DNA of 32,000 nt from NCBI RefSeq assembly GCF_018398935.1, contig NZ_CP074694.1, positions 3,330,001-3,362,000 of the forward strand, given 5' to 3'. The notes below the pieces were generated by a model, which was not told the DNA's origin, made no database searches, and worked only from the letters and a program-made list of their open reading frames with translations. Below, piece by piece: positions 1 to 8,696 of the stretch (its first letter is position 1; the number at the start of each line of letters is the position of its first letter). Source of the DNA: Telmatocola sphagniphila (lineage in GTDB: Bacteria > Planctomycetota > Planctomycetia > Gemmatales > Gemmataceae). The position numbers were made by a program, and so were the translations under genes.

Positions 1-329
1 GCAATCTGTTTCTCTTCCAGAGCTTTCCCGTCGGGCGGCATCCGCGTGTCCGCCTCTTTCGATTTGACGCGAACCAGCAGCTGACTTCCTTCGACATTTT
101 TAGGAAGAACCGCGGGCAGTTCGGAATCACCGCCTCGGCGAGCATCGACAGGGTTGTCCAGCCGCAGTCCTCCCTTCTGTTTCTCTGGTCCGTGACAACT
201 GATGCAGTGCTGTTTCAGAATCGGCCGAATTTGAGAATCGAAGTCGATACCCTGTTCCGAGGCCATGCCCAGTGAGGGGTAAAGTAAAATCCATATCGAG
301 CAAGCGGTCGTCAAATTCAGGAGAGACAT
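1..329 (-). CDS. PSCyt1 (planctomycete cytochrome c) domain protein, N-terminal part; probably DUF1549/DUF1553 family. It runs off the left edge of the window.
   Basis: I translated the minus strand by hand. From the ATG at 329-327 it reads MSLLNLTTACSIWILLYPSLGMASEQGIDFDSQIRPILKQHCISCHGPEKQKGGLRLDNPVDARRGGDSELPAVLPKNVEGSQLLVRVKSKEADTRMPPDGKALEEKQI. This has a signal-peptide-like N-terminus, and the CISCH heme motif (192-206) sits in the typical PILxxxCxxCHGxxKxKGGLRLD context. The ORF track omits it because the ORF is open at the window edge. Confidence 0.8.
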   Translation of the reverse strand, partial: MSLLNLTTACSIWILLYPSLGMASEQGIDFDSQIRPILKQHCISCHGPEKQKGGLRLDNPVDARRGGDSELPAVLPKNVEGSQLLVRVKSKEADTRMPPDGKALEEKQI

Positions 330-420
330 ATCTATCGATTCCCTCGAATGGGAAGCACCGGCGGGATTCTGAAGTATACCAAATGAAAGAGGGGAGTGAA
401 AGCGGGAAGGATTCGTGTGC

Positions 421-453
421 GCAAAATAAGAGCCCCTTTCCAAGAAAGGGGCC
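421..453 (-). terminator. Rho-independent terminator of the 481-3099 gene
   Basis: Read on the minus strand, GCCCCTTTC-TTG-GAAAGGGGC forms a 9 bp GC-rich stem (432-440 / 444-452). It is followed by CTTATTTTG and lies about 30 nt after the stop codon at 481-483. Confidence 0.7.
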
Positions 454-480
454 CAGAGATTTAAAATCTATCCGCCAAGA

Positions 481-3099
481 CTACTTTTGGAACAAACGCG
501 ATCGCTTGTTAGCCGACGATTCAAGATAGGCCAACAGGTCGAGAATCTCTTCTTCCGTCAGCATATCGACCAGATGCTCGGGCATAGGTGATACTTTCGA
601 AACTTCTCGAATTTCAATTTCATTTTTCTTGATCTCGACACGATCAATCGACAGCGGATCGGGTTGCACGGCAATCTTTTCCGGTGTGTCATCGACAATT
701 CGGCCCACTACCGTCTTGCCGCCAACGGTAACAATTCGCTCGTTCATATACTGTTCCGACAGCACCTTGGAAGGCTCAATAATCGATTCCAGAATAGCGC
801 GGCGATCGAACCGGCTGGCGACCGAAGTCAAATCGGGGCCGACCGCACCGCCTTCATCGCCCAGGCGATGACATTTCACGCACTGGCCCACAACAAAGGC
901 TTCTTTGCCTTTTTCGAAATTGCGGCCGCGATCCACCTTATCGAGTTTGGGCATGATATCCGACATGGTGTAAGCTTTGACCACTGTAGTACGAGGCTTG
1001 TAGTTATAAGTTGCGACGGCCGTGACGTTCAGAGTCTTGAGCAGCGGTTCCAGTTCTTTTCGTTCAGAATCGAGTAGATTCGAAACTGCCTCGCGAAGGA
1101 AGTTCTTCAGGAAGTTGGGGAAGCTGGCTCCCTCCGAATACCCGCGCCCAGCATCGGCGAACCATTTGTCCATCATGGGATCGTGCTTGAGTGACTTCCA
1201 ATCCTTTTTGAAATAGCTGAAGTATTCCTTGCGTTGATCCATGGTCCAGTTGCCGGGCAACAAGGTCCGCAGATGGAACAGGAAGAACAAAACATCTTCC
1301 TGGTAGGTGGCGTGAGCCATCTCTTTGAGTACTTTCGTCGCAATTCCGGGAGCTTGCAGATAAATCAAGAGTTGAGCGGTTTCCCGGTTCAAATCCCGGC
1401 TCGCCGTCGGGAAGAGCGGATCGACTTCCGCGATAATCTTCTTCGCTATAGTGAAAGCAGGCCGTCCCTGTCGAATGAAGGCAAGATCCCACACCCGCAG
1501 TTTGTCCAGTTGCAGCACCGGCGATAATGAGGAGATCGGAAAAGCTTCCAGGGCCTTGAGCAATTCCGGTTGAAGCTTGGCATCACCGACACGAGCCAGA
1601 GCCAACAAAGCGGTCAGTGCGGCGGCCGGATTTTTCTCGGTCAGCGCCTTGTCCTTCCATTCGGCCACTGGCTGAGCTTCCAGAGCGATGCGGGCGGAAT
1701 ACTGCAAAAATCGATCAGGGCTGCTCAGGTGCGGCCAGACAAACGATACAGCTTTGGGATCGACTTTACCCTGAAAAGCTTCGATTTCATGCCGAAGTTT
1801 TCTCTCTGCTTCGCCAGCGGTATTCTTCAAATCGGCCGGAGCAGTCGATTCCTTGCCAGTATACGTGACACGATAAAGACCGGATTGATTGTTTCGACCG
1901 CCAATTGTGAAATAAAGAGCGCCATCATTGCCCACTACCGCGTCCGTTAAGGGCAACGGCTTTTTGGGTGCATTCGGATCGGTGAGGCTGATGGGAGCCA
2001 CAAAGTTTTCGAAGGTGGCCGTGTAGCTGGATCCTTTGGGGGTCAAATGCACAGCCAAAAGTCGCCCGTAGGTCCAATCGAGCATGTAGAGTGCTTTTTG
2101 ATATTTCGCTGGGAATTTGGCCCCGGTGCCGTTGGTCACACCGGTGGGAGAGCCGACACCGACATCTACTGCCGCAGGCAGGCTATCCGGATAGTAGGAG
2201 GGCCATTTTCCGGTGCCGGAACGCCAGCCGAATTCCGCACCGCTAATGCAGTGAAGGATGCGAATCGGCCGATACCAGGGCATGCCCCAGTCCCATTCCA
2301 TATCGCTATCGAAAGCGAATAATTCGCCATCACCATTAAACGCCATGTCATAAGTGTTGCGAAACCCCGCTAGCATCAACTGAATTTTCTGACCATCTGC
2401 ATCGGTTCGAACGATATAACCGCCCGGGGCTACAATACCCGCGGCGTGGCCATTGCCATCCCATTGTCGGGGTAGCAGGTGATCTTCTTTATAATTGCGG
2501 TGCGGCGAATCCTCGGAGAGCCCCTTGGGTAATTTGGTATGATTGCCGTTCACCACATAAATCATCTTGTCCGGCCCCAGGACTAAAGCGTGCGGGCCAT
2601 GTTCACCGTCCCCTTCAAACCGTTTCAGAAACTTAACGCTAAACTTGCCGCTGTCACCTGCTTCATTGCAGCGATAGAGCCCGAAACCTTCGGGGCCACT
2701 GGCATTTACATACAGGCTGTCGAACGCCCAGAGTAAACCCATCGCTTCGCTCAAAGGGATATCCAACTTTTCGACCTTGGAAACTTTGCCATCCATGATG
2801 GTGAAACGCAGCATCGGCTGGGACCGCTGACCGGAAACGATCAAACGACCGGCCCCATCCTTGCACATGTTGATCCAGGAACCCTCGCTTGCCGAATCGG
2901 ACGTGTGGATCAATTCGACTTTGAAATCGGGAAGCGTCTTGAGAAACTCCGCTTCGGTAGCGGAGCGTTTTGGCCCTGTCGACTTCTTTTGAGCTGTCTT
3001 CTTTTGGGACGCCTTCGGTTCCTGAGCATTGAACGGGGAGAACGAGCCGAGGCCAACCAAAAGGCCCAGTATCGCTGCGCACCTAGCTATCTTCCGCAT
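481..3099 (-). CDS. Secreted PVC-type heme-binding protein: beta-propeller dehydrogenase-like N-terminal region, helical repeat middle, C-terminal CxxCH cytochrome c domain
   Basis: I moved the start to the ATG at 3099-3097 (MRKIARCAAILGLLVGLGSFSPFNAQE, a signal peptide) with AAGGA upstream. The C-terminus reads GQCVKCHRLGDEGGAVGPDLTSVASRFDRRAILESIIEPSKVLSEQY...PMPEHLVDMLTEEEILDLLAYLES, with CVKCH at 868-882. This is the Pirellula/Verrucomicrobium-type putative heme-binding domain. The propeller-like region contains GHAAGIVAPGGYIVRTDADG and WDWGMPWYRP. Confidence 0.85.
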   Translation of the reverse strand: MRKIARCAAILGLLVGLGSFSPFNAQEPKASQKKTAQKKSTGPKRSATEAEFLKTLPDFKVELIHTSDSASEGSWINMCKDGAGRLIVSGQRSQPMLRFTIMDGKVSKVEKLDIPLSEAMGLLWAFDSLYVNASGPEGFGLYRCNEAGDSGKFSVKFLKRFEGDGEHGPHALVLGPDKMIYVVNGNHTKLPKGLSEDSPHRNYKEDHLLPRQWDGNGHAAGIVAPGGYIVRTDADGQKIQLMLAGFRNTYDMAFNGDGELFAFDSDMEWDWGMPWYRPIRILHCISGAEFGWRSGTGKWPSYYPDSLPAAVDVGVGSPTGVTNGTGAKFPAKYQKALYMLDWTYGRLLAVHLTPKGSSYTATFENFVAPISLTDPNAPKKPLPLTDAVVGNDGALYFTIGGRNNQSGLYRVTYTGKESTAPADLKNTAGEAERKLRHEIEAFQGKVDPKAVSFVWPHLSSPDRFLQYSARIALEAQPVAEWKDKALTEKNPAAALTALLALARVGDAKLQPELLKALEAFPISSLSPVLQLDKLRVWDLAFIRQGRPAFTIAKKIIAEVDPLFPTASRDLNRETAQLLIYLQAPGIATKVLKEMAHATYQEDVLFFLFHLRTLLPGNWTMDQRKEYFSYFKKDWKSLKHDPMMDKWFADAGRGYSEGASFPNFLKNFLREAVSNLLDSERKELEPLLKTLNVTAVATYNYKPRTTVVKAYTMSDIMPKLDKVDRGRNFEKGKEAFVVGQCVKCHRLGDEGGAVGPDLTSVASRFDRRAILESIIEPSKVLSEQYMNERIVTVGGKTVVGRIVDDTPEKIAVQPDPLSIDRVEIKKNEIEIREVSKVSPMPEHLVDMLTEEEILDLLAYLESSANKRSRLFQK

Positions 3100-3196
3100 C
3101 ACGGGAGATCCTTTCGACTTGAGAGATTCAATCACTACAAAGCAAAAAAACAGGCGGGTGGGAACATATGCCTGTCCCCTATTTATTGTCGAAAAT

Positions 3197-3229
3197 GGGG
3201 GAGAAAGAAAGAGAAAAAGAAAAAAAGAA
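3197..3229 (+). repeat. 33-nt uninterrupted homopurine tract in the divergent promoter region
   Basis: GGGGGAGAAAGAAAGAGAAAAAGAAAAAAAGAA contains only A and G on the plus strand. It lies between the two divergent start codons at 3099 and 3338. Confidence 0.9.
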
Positions 3230-3337
3230 TCGGACGATACGCCGCTCAAACAATGCTCTTGAAATCGTTCGAAAACTCTGCGAGACTTAACTGGTCTTTC
3301 CTTCCCGCCGAAAAATCGCTTCCCTTTGGATGATTTC

Positions 3338-6300
3338 ATGAAGTCGTTCTCAGTTCCACTCTTGTGGGTTAGCCTTTGTTTGACTTATTGGGGAACTTCA
3401 ACCCCTTCCGTTTGGGCGGTCGACCCGGCGGAACTTCCCAAATGTCCGCCCGGTTGGAAAGTGGAGCTGGTAGCCGCGGTACCGAAGATTCAACACCCGT
3501 CGGTAGTCTGTTGTGCCCCGGATGGGCGTGTCTTTGTGGGTGAGGACCCCATGGATATGGGCAGCGACTCTCGGACGCCGACAGATCGGATTCTCTGTTT
3601 TCACCCCGATGGCAAGGTAACGGTATTCGCTGACAACCTCTATGCCGTTTTCGGGATGGCCTACATCGACGGGAAACTTTTCGTTCATCATTGTCCGAAA
3701 TTCTCAGTATTTACCGATGATCACGGTGTGGGCAAAGACCGTCAGGATCTGATCGAATGCACCAATCCCAATCCCGCCCCCGGCTTTAACGATCATATCC
3801 CTTCCAACATGCGACTGGCGATGGACGGCTATCTCTACGTCAGTACTGGTGATAAAGGGGTGTTTGGTGCCGTGGGGAAGGATGGCCGGAAATGCGAAAT
3901 CTATGGCGGTGGCGTGTTCCGCATCCGCCCCGATGGCACCGGGCTCGAAACTTACTGTACGGGTACCCGCAATCACCTGGACGTCGCCATAAACCGCGAA
4001 GATGAAATCTTCACCTACGACAATACCGATGATGGCAATGGTTGGTGGACCCGCGTCACCCACATGGTAGATGGCGGATTCTACGGCTATCCCTGGGATT
4101 ATAAACCCAGACGGCCCTACACACTTTGGATGATGACCGATTACGGCGGAGGAGCGCCCACCGGAGCTACTGCCTACAACGAAGATGCCTTGCCGGAAGT
4201 GTATCAGGGCAATCTGTTTCTCTGCGAATGGGGCCGAAAGCAACTGCTACGATTGATCGTTCAGCGGGAAGGCGGCAGCTACAAAATCGTCAAGCGAGAA
4301 GATTTTCTAACATCTGGGACGAAGGAGTTTCGTCCCGTAGGAATTTGTACGACGCCGGATGGGATGGGCTTCTACGTCACCGACTGGAATTTTTCAGGAT
4401 GGAAGCAGAACGTTCCAGCCGGTCGGCTACTCAAGGTGACCTACACCGGGGCCAGCAAGGCGACTGAAAAACCCAAGTGGTTCGTGCCAGCCGCCATCGG
4501 TGAAAAATTTGAGGCTTCGAATGAAGATTTAATTGCCGGTCTCAAACACCCTTCTCAGGAAGTCCGGCTGGTTGCCCAACGACGGTTGATCGAAAGAGGC
4601 CCTGAAGTTTCCAAACCACTTTTGACACTCTTATCCGATAATTCGAGCCCGGCTTACGCCCGATGGAGTGCAATCTGGGCACTGGACGCGATCTCCGGAG
4701 ACAGCCCGGCCACGAGGAAGGACATTGCAGTCTACCTCGGAGATTCCGATCCCTCCGTTCGAAGACAAGTCCTACGCGAATTGGGCTCTCGATCAGCAAA
4801 TGAAGCCACCAGCAAGATCATTTCCTGTCTGGAAGATGCCGATGCTTCCGTGCGTTTTCAGGCCGCTACGGCACTCGGACGAATTGGTAATTCGGCCGCT
4901 ATCACACCGCTTCTGCAGTACCTGAAGACAGAAGATTTATTCTCCCGATATGCGGCTTTCACCGCCTTGAACCGTATCGGACATACCGATCCGAAATATT
5001 GGGATAAGATCGTCGTCGGTTTAAGCGACCCTAATCCGCGCATTCAGGAAGGCACCACGTTTGCCATCCGCGAGACGTTTGAAAATGGTCTGGTTTATGC
5101 TTTAAAGGAATTGATCGCCGAGCCCGGAACCAATCCTAGCGTCCGAGTCCAGGCATTGCACTCTCTGGCAGAACTGCATCGGAAGCCGGCGCCCTGGAAG
5201 GGTCAGTGGTGGGGTACTCAGCCGGTTCGCAGCCCCAAGCCGCACGGCACTCTAGACTGGGTGGGAACCAAAACGGTCCTGAATACCTTGGCAGCGAGCT
5301 TAAAGGATGGGGATCCTCAGGTAGTTCACGCGGCTATCGAGGGAGTAATTGTCGCTCAGGACGAACAGTTTGTCCCTGGACTCGTGGAGCTCTTCCAGAA
5401 GGATTCCAGCACTGAGACGAGAAAACTCGTTCTGCGAGCAGCGGCCGTGATCTCGAAACCGGCACCGTTCACCGATCTCGTAACAAAAGTTCTTGAGGAT
5501 CCGGTCGCGAATAAATCCCTGCTGGACGAGGCGATCAGAGTCGGCGACCGAATCGGCAGCCCGGGAATTCAAACGGCGCTTGTTAAACTCGTTTCTCAGG
5601 ATCTTCCACCGGAGACACTTTCGAAATTGCTGCGAGCCGTCGGAAATCGAGGATTGAAAGACGCGATTCCCGCAGTCGCTAACCGCGTGAGCAACGACAA
5701 CGCGAATGTCCGAGAATCGGCCGTTTTTGCACTGACGAAAATGGGAGATGCCGCTTCCCTTCATGCTTTGACCCCTCTGCTTTCTTCCCCCAACCTCGAA
5801 ACCCGAAAAGTGGCCGTGAACGCCATTGGGTCTCTCAAAAGTCCTGCCGCTACAGAGGGTTTGTTGGGGGCATTTGACCGAGCCGAGACTCGCTACGAAG
5901 CTCTGCTCGGCTTATCGAAATTGACCGATTCCCGGGCACTTCCCGCCTATCTGGTCGGGTTAGCCAGCAAGAATGCCACGCTTCGGGCGGATTGCCGTAA
6001 GGCATTGAGCGATGTTCGAAATCTGGTCTATCCAGAAATCGAAAAACGATTGGATGCAGGAGCAATTTCTCCGGAAGTAGTCGGAGAATTGCAAAGCATC
6101 TACGCAGCGAAGTCTCCCATCAAGTGGAAATTGCTAGGCCCCTTCGCGGTCGACTCCGAAATTCCCTTCGATCTCCAGAAGCCCGATCTGAGGAAAGAAT
6201 ACTCTGGTCGGGAGGCCCGAAAGTTTCGATGGAAGTCAATTCCCACGCAAGATCGAGATCCCGCCAATTTGGACTGGCGAAGAGAAGTTCGTATCGATGG

Positions 6301-7066
6301 CCCCAGTAAAGCGTTTGGCCAAAGCGAAGTCTATTCTCCCGTCGCCGGAGAGATAACTCTCGAAGGAAGTTTCAGTGGTGCCGAATTGCGTTTGTGGCTG
6401 AATGGTGAACAAATTTTCAAATCGGAAAAAGCTGGTCGAATTTCGCTCAACGCTAAAACTCAGGCCGGGGAGAACATGCTCATCGCCGAAGCCCTCACCA
6501 CGGGCGGTTCCTGGACTCTGCGATTGGCCGCCAACACTCCGAAATCAGGAAAACTGTTTGCGGCCAGCGCTGCCAAGCCGATCGATATCAAGAAGTTTAG
6601 CGAGCATGCTTTGAAGAAATCCGGCTCCGCCGAACGCGGTAAGCTGCTCTTCTCGGACATTCAGGGACTAGGATGCATCAAGTGTCACAAAGTCGGCAAT
6701 CTTGGAACGGGAGAAGTCGGCCCCGACCTTCTCGGAGTAGGAGCCAAATACAACCGGGAAATTCTGATTGAATCGGTGCTCTACCCGTCCAAACAAATTT
6801 TGGATGGCTACCAACAAACCCGGATTGCAACTTCTTCGGGTCAGGTAAAACTGGGCATCGTTCGCGGTGAAACCGGTGATGCCATTACTCTGATTGATGT
6901 CGATGGGAAGAAAGAGTCCATTAAGAAAGTCGATATCGAAGAACGGAAAGTCCTAGATAAATCCTTGATGCCGGACGGTCTGCAGGCCGGGCTGTCGCTT
7001 CAAGATTTCAGCGACCTGATAGCCTTTTTGGAAAGCTTGAAAGAAAAGCCGCCCGAGAAAAAGTGA
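3338..7066 (+). CDS. Secreted PVC-type heme-binding protein: membrane-bound-dehydrogenase-like domain, long HEAT-repeat region, beta-sandwich, C-terminal CxxCH cytochrome c domain
   Basis: I prefer the ATG at 3338 (MKSFSVPLLWVSLCLTYWGTSTPSVWA, a signal peptide) to the TTG at 3326 used by the ORF track. The N-terminus reads PPGWKVELVAAVPKIQHPSVVCCAPDGRVFVGEDPMDMG. HEAT-like repeats are visible (DPSVRRQVLRELG, DADASVRFQAATALGRIG, DNANVRESAVFALTKMG, NLETRKVAVNAIGSL). The C-terminus reads GCIKCHKVGNLGTGEVGPDLLGVGAKYNREILIESVLYPSKQILDGY...LMPDGLQAGLSLQDFSDLIAFLESL, with CIKCH at 6674-6688. That C-terminal domain is paralogous to the one in the 481-3099 gene. Confidence 0.85.
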   Translation: MKSFSVPLLWVSLCLTYWGTSTPSVWAVDPAELPKCPPGWKVELVAAVPKIQHPSVVCCAPDGRVFVGEDPMDMGSDSRTPTDRILCFHPDGKVTVFADNLYAVFGMAYIDGKLFVHHCPKFSVFTDDHGVGKDRQDLIECTNPNPAPGFNDHIPSNMRLAMDGYLYVSTGDKGVFGAVGKDGRKCEIYGGGVFRIRPDGTGLETYCTGTRNHLDVAINREDEIFTYDNTDDGNGWWTRVTHMVDGGFYGYPWDYKPRRPYTLWMMTDYGGGAPTGATAYNEDALPEVYQGNLFLCEWGRKQLLRLIVQREGGSYKIVKREDFLTSGTKEFRPVGICTTPDGMGFYVTDWNFSGWKQNVPAGRLLKVTYTGASKATEKPKWFVPAAIGEKFEASNEDLIAGLKHPSQEVRLVAQRRLIERGPEVSKPLLTLLSDNSSPAYARWSAIWALDAISGDSPATRKDIAVYLGDSDPSVRRQVLRELGSRSANEATSKIISCLEDADASVRFQAATALGRIGNSAAITPLLQYLKTEDLFSRYAAFTALNRIGHTDPKYWDKIVVGLSDPNPRIQEGTTFAIRETFENGLVYALKELIAEPGTNPSVRVQALHSLAELHRKPAPWKGQWWGTQPVRSPKPHGTLDWVGTKTVLNTLAASLKDGDPQVVHAAIEGVIVAQDEQFVPGLVELFQKDSSTETRKLVLRAAAVISKPAPFTDLVTKVLEDPVANKSLLDEAIRVGDRIGSPGIQTALVKLVSQDLPPETLSKLLRAVGNRGLKDAIPAVANRVSNDNANVRESAVFALTKMGDAASLHALTPLLSSPNLETRKVAVNAIGSLKSPAATEGLLGAFDRAETRYEALLGLSKLTDSRALPAYLVGLASKNATLRADCRKALSDVRNLVYPEIEKRLDAGAISPEVVGELQSIYAAKSPIKWKLLGPFAVDSEIPFDLQKPDLRKEYSGREARKFRWKSIPTQDRDPANLDWRREVRIDGPSKAFGQSEVYSPVAGEITLEGSFSGAELRLWLNGEQIFKSEKAGRISLNAKTQAGENMLIAEALTTGGSWTLRLAANTPKSGKLFAASAAKPIDIKKFSEHALKKSGSAERGKLLFSDIQGLGCIKCHKVGNLGTGEVGPDLLGVGAKYNREILIESVLYPSKQILDGYQQTRIATSSGQVKLGIVRGETGDAITLIDVDGKKESIKKVDIEERKVLDKSLMPDGLQAGLSLQDFSDLIAFLESLKEKPPEKK

Positions 7067-7071
7067 ATCTT

Positions 7072-7105
7072 CTCGAGAAGCCCGATCGAGATCGGGCTTC
7101 TCGAG
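7072..7105. terminator. Perfect 16-bp inverted repeat between convergent genes; putative bidirectional terminator
   Basis: CTCGAGAAGCCCGATC (7072-7087) and GATCGGGCTTCTCGAG (7090-7105) are exact reverse complements. They lie 5 nt after the stop of the plus-strand gene and 7 nt from the stop of the minus-strand gene. Neither side has a strong U-tract. Confidence 0.5.
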
Positions 7106-7111
7106 TATTGG

Positions 7112-8590
7112 TCATTTCTTGGACTTCTCAAAGCGATCGATCATCTGACGGATCATCTCCGCATTGGAAATCGGGTGAAAACCATGCCCCTGATACGGGC
7201 CCGTCACGATAACGCCATCGAACGGAGGATTGAATTTCTTTGTTGAAGCCTCCATATACTTGACCGCGTTATTCAAGAAATAATCGTCCGCATCGCCGAC
7301 ATAGACGTGAATCTTCCCGCCCCAGCGCGCATGCTTGGTCGGCCAGCCTTCCGTCAGAATGGTGTTCAACTCATTTTTCTTCCAGGCTTGCAAAACGCTC
7401 TTGTCAATCTTCCCGGTTTTTCCGTCCCAGAGGGGTTTGGGTTGACCATCCGCTCCCCGAGGCCCGAAGGTGGCATTCCAGGCACACCAGTCCTTGCCCG
7501 AGCGCCACCAACTATCATTGCGACCCATCACGACTTCCATCTGGCATTCGTGTCGGACCGTATAGGAGGTTTCGCCGTTCAGTTCGCGTTTGGCGGGACG
7601 TTCGAATCCATGTTTATTGATGTAGGCGTTCTCGTCCTGATAGATGTTGATCAACTCAAACGCCCGGAAATCGACCGGATCGGGCGCGAAAGACCAGCAG
7701 CCGTTGAACAAATCGGGATATTCGATCTGCAAAGCTAATGAAACCCAACCGCCCGTGGAGGCTCCTGTGGTGAACCGGGCATAACCCGCACCGATGCCTT
7801 GAAACATCTTCTCTACGTAGGGGATTAACTCTTCCGTAAGGGCTTTGCCATAAGGGCCATTGCAATCAGAATCGACGTAATAGGGATCGCCATAAGGCCC
7901 GGCCCCATCCACGTGAAGGATCAGCATGGGAATCGAAGCGCGACTATAGCGTTGAATGGCTGTATAACGAGTTCCATAGCCACCTATCGTCACCAGCAGG
8001 GGATATTTCTTTTGAGGATTCTTGTCGAAATCGGGCGGCAGACAGACACCGGCTCGCAGGTACATATCCCGGCCATGAAACTTGCTCAGCGCGGCCGATT
8101 TGATTTTCACATATTTAATTCGCTCGGATTCCTGGGGAGCATCGACCGGAACCACCTGGCTCAGTTCAATTGGAATGTTTGCCCCGGCTACAGGATCGAT
8201 GTCGATTTCCTTAGGCATGCTGTAGACGTTGCCTTCCGCAGTCGGCAGATTCAATTCGAGATTGTGATGGAACACGGCTTGAATGGTATAACGCCCCTTG
8301 GGCAATCTCGATAGACTTTCGATCGGAAATATCGGACATTCCGAGCCCAACGTTATGCTTTTCCCAGCTGTAAAAGCGAGAGCATCCTTCCCGATGAAGA
8401 CGGGCGCATCCAGACCGGTTTCCCCAATCCCCCGAATCGGCATAGGATTCTTACCCGACGCCATGACCACCATGATTCGCCCATCGGTGGGTTTCGCTAT
8501 CAAACCCGCTTTCATCGAGACTTCGAATTTTACTTCCCCGGCATTGATATTCGCAGGGACTAGTGCCAAGAGAAAGGCCATCCATCTCAT
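7112..8590 (-). CDS. Secreted alpha/beta-hydrolase (putative esterase family) with an N-terminal beta-sandwich domain
   Basis: The signal peptide is MRWMAFLLALVPANINAGE, and GGAG lies about 9 nt upstream of the ATG at 8590. A nucleophile-elbow-like motif (TTGASTGGWVSLALQIEYPDLFNGCW) is followed by FAPDPVDF, as in enterochelin-esterase-like putative esterases. Confidence 0.75.
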   Translation of the reverse strand: MRWMAFLLALVPANINAGEVKFEVSMKAGLIAKPTDGRIMVVMASGKNPMPIRGIGETGLDAPVFIGKDALAFTAGKSITLGSECPIFPIESLSRLPKGRYTIQAVFHHNLELNLPTAEGNVYSMPKEIDIDPVAGANIPIELSQVVPVDAPQESERIKYVKIKSAALSKFHGRDMYLRAGVCLPPDFDKNPQKKYPLLVTIGGYGTRYTAIQRYSRASIPMLILHVDGAGPYGDPYYVDSDCNGPYGKALTEELIPYVEKMFQGIGAGYARFTTGASTGGWVSLALQIEYPDLFNGCWSFAPDPVDFRAFELINIYQDENAYINKHGFERPAKRELNGETSYTVRHECQMEVVMGRNDSWWRSGKDWCAWNATFGPRGADGQPKPLWDGKTGKIDKSVLQAWKKNELNTILTEGWPTKHARWGGKIHVYVGDADDYFLNNAVKYMEASTKKFNPPFDGVIVTGPYQGHGFHPISNAEMIRQMIDRFEKSKK

Positions 8591-8696
8591 AATGTGTTCT
8601 CCAGTTGAGTTGGATTTGATTGTATAGAAGTGATACCTGGGGAAGATGACTCTCAGATAAGATCGAACTTAGAGTGAGTCCGTCTAAAATAGATTC

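Noticed and set aside
272-529. 85-aa plus-strand ORF
   Set aside because: It overlaps the signal-peptide coding region of the minus-strand PSCyt1 gene, the minus-strand terminator hairpin and the 3' end of the 481-3099 gene. Its composition is low-complexity Ser/Lys/Arg, and I see no RBS.
3100-3339. 80-codon N-terminal extension of the 952-aa minus-strand ORF given in the ORF track
   Set aside because: A clean signal peptide starts at Met81 (ATG at 3099) with AAGGA upstream. The extension translates the homopurine tract as FFLFLFLS and would overlap the start of the divergent gene. It is most likely non-coding promoter or 5' UTR.
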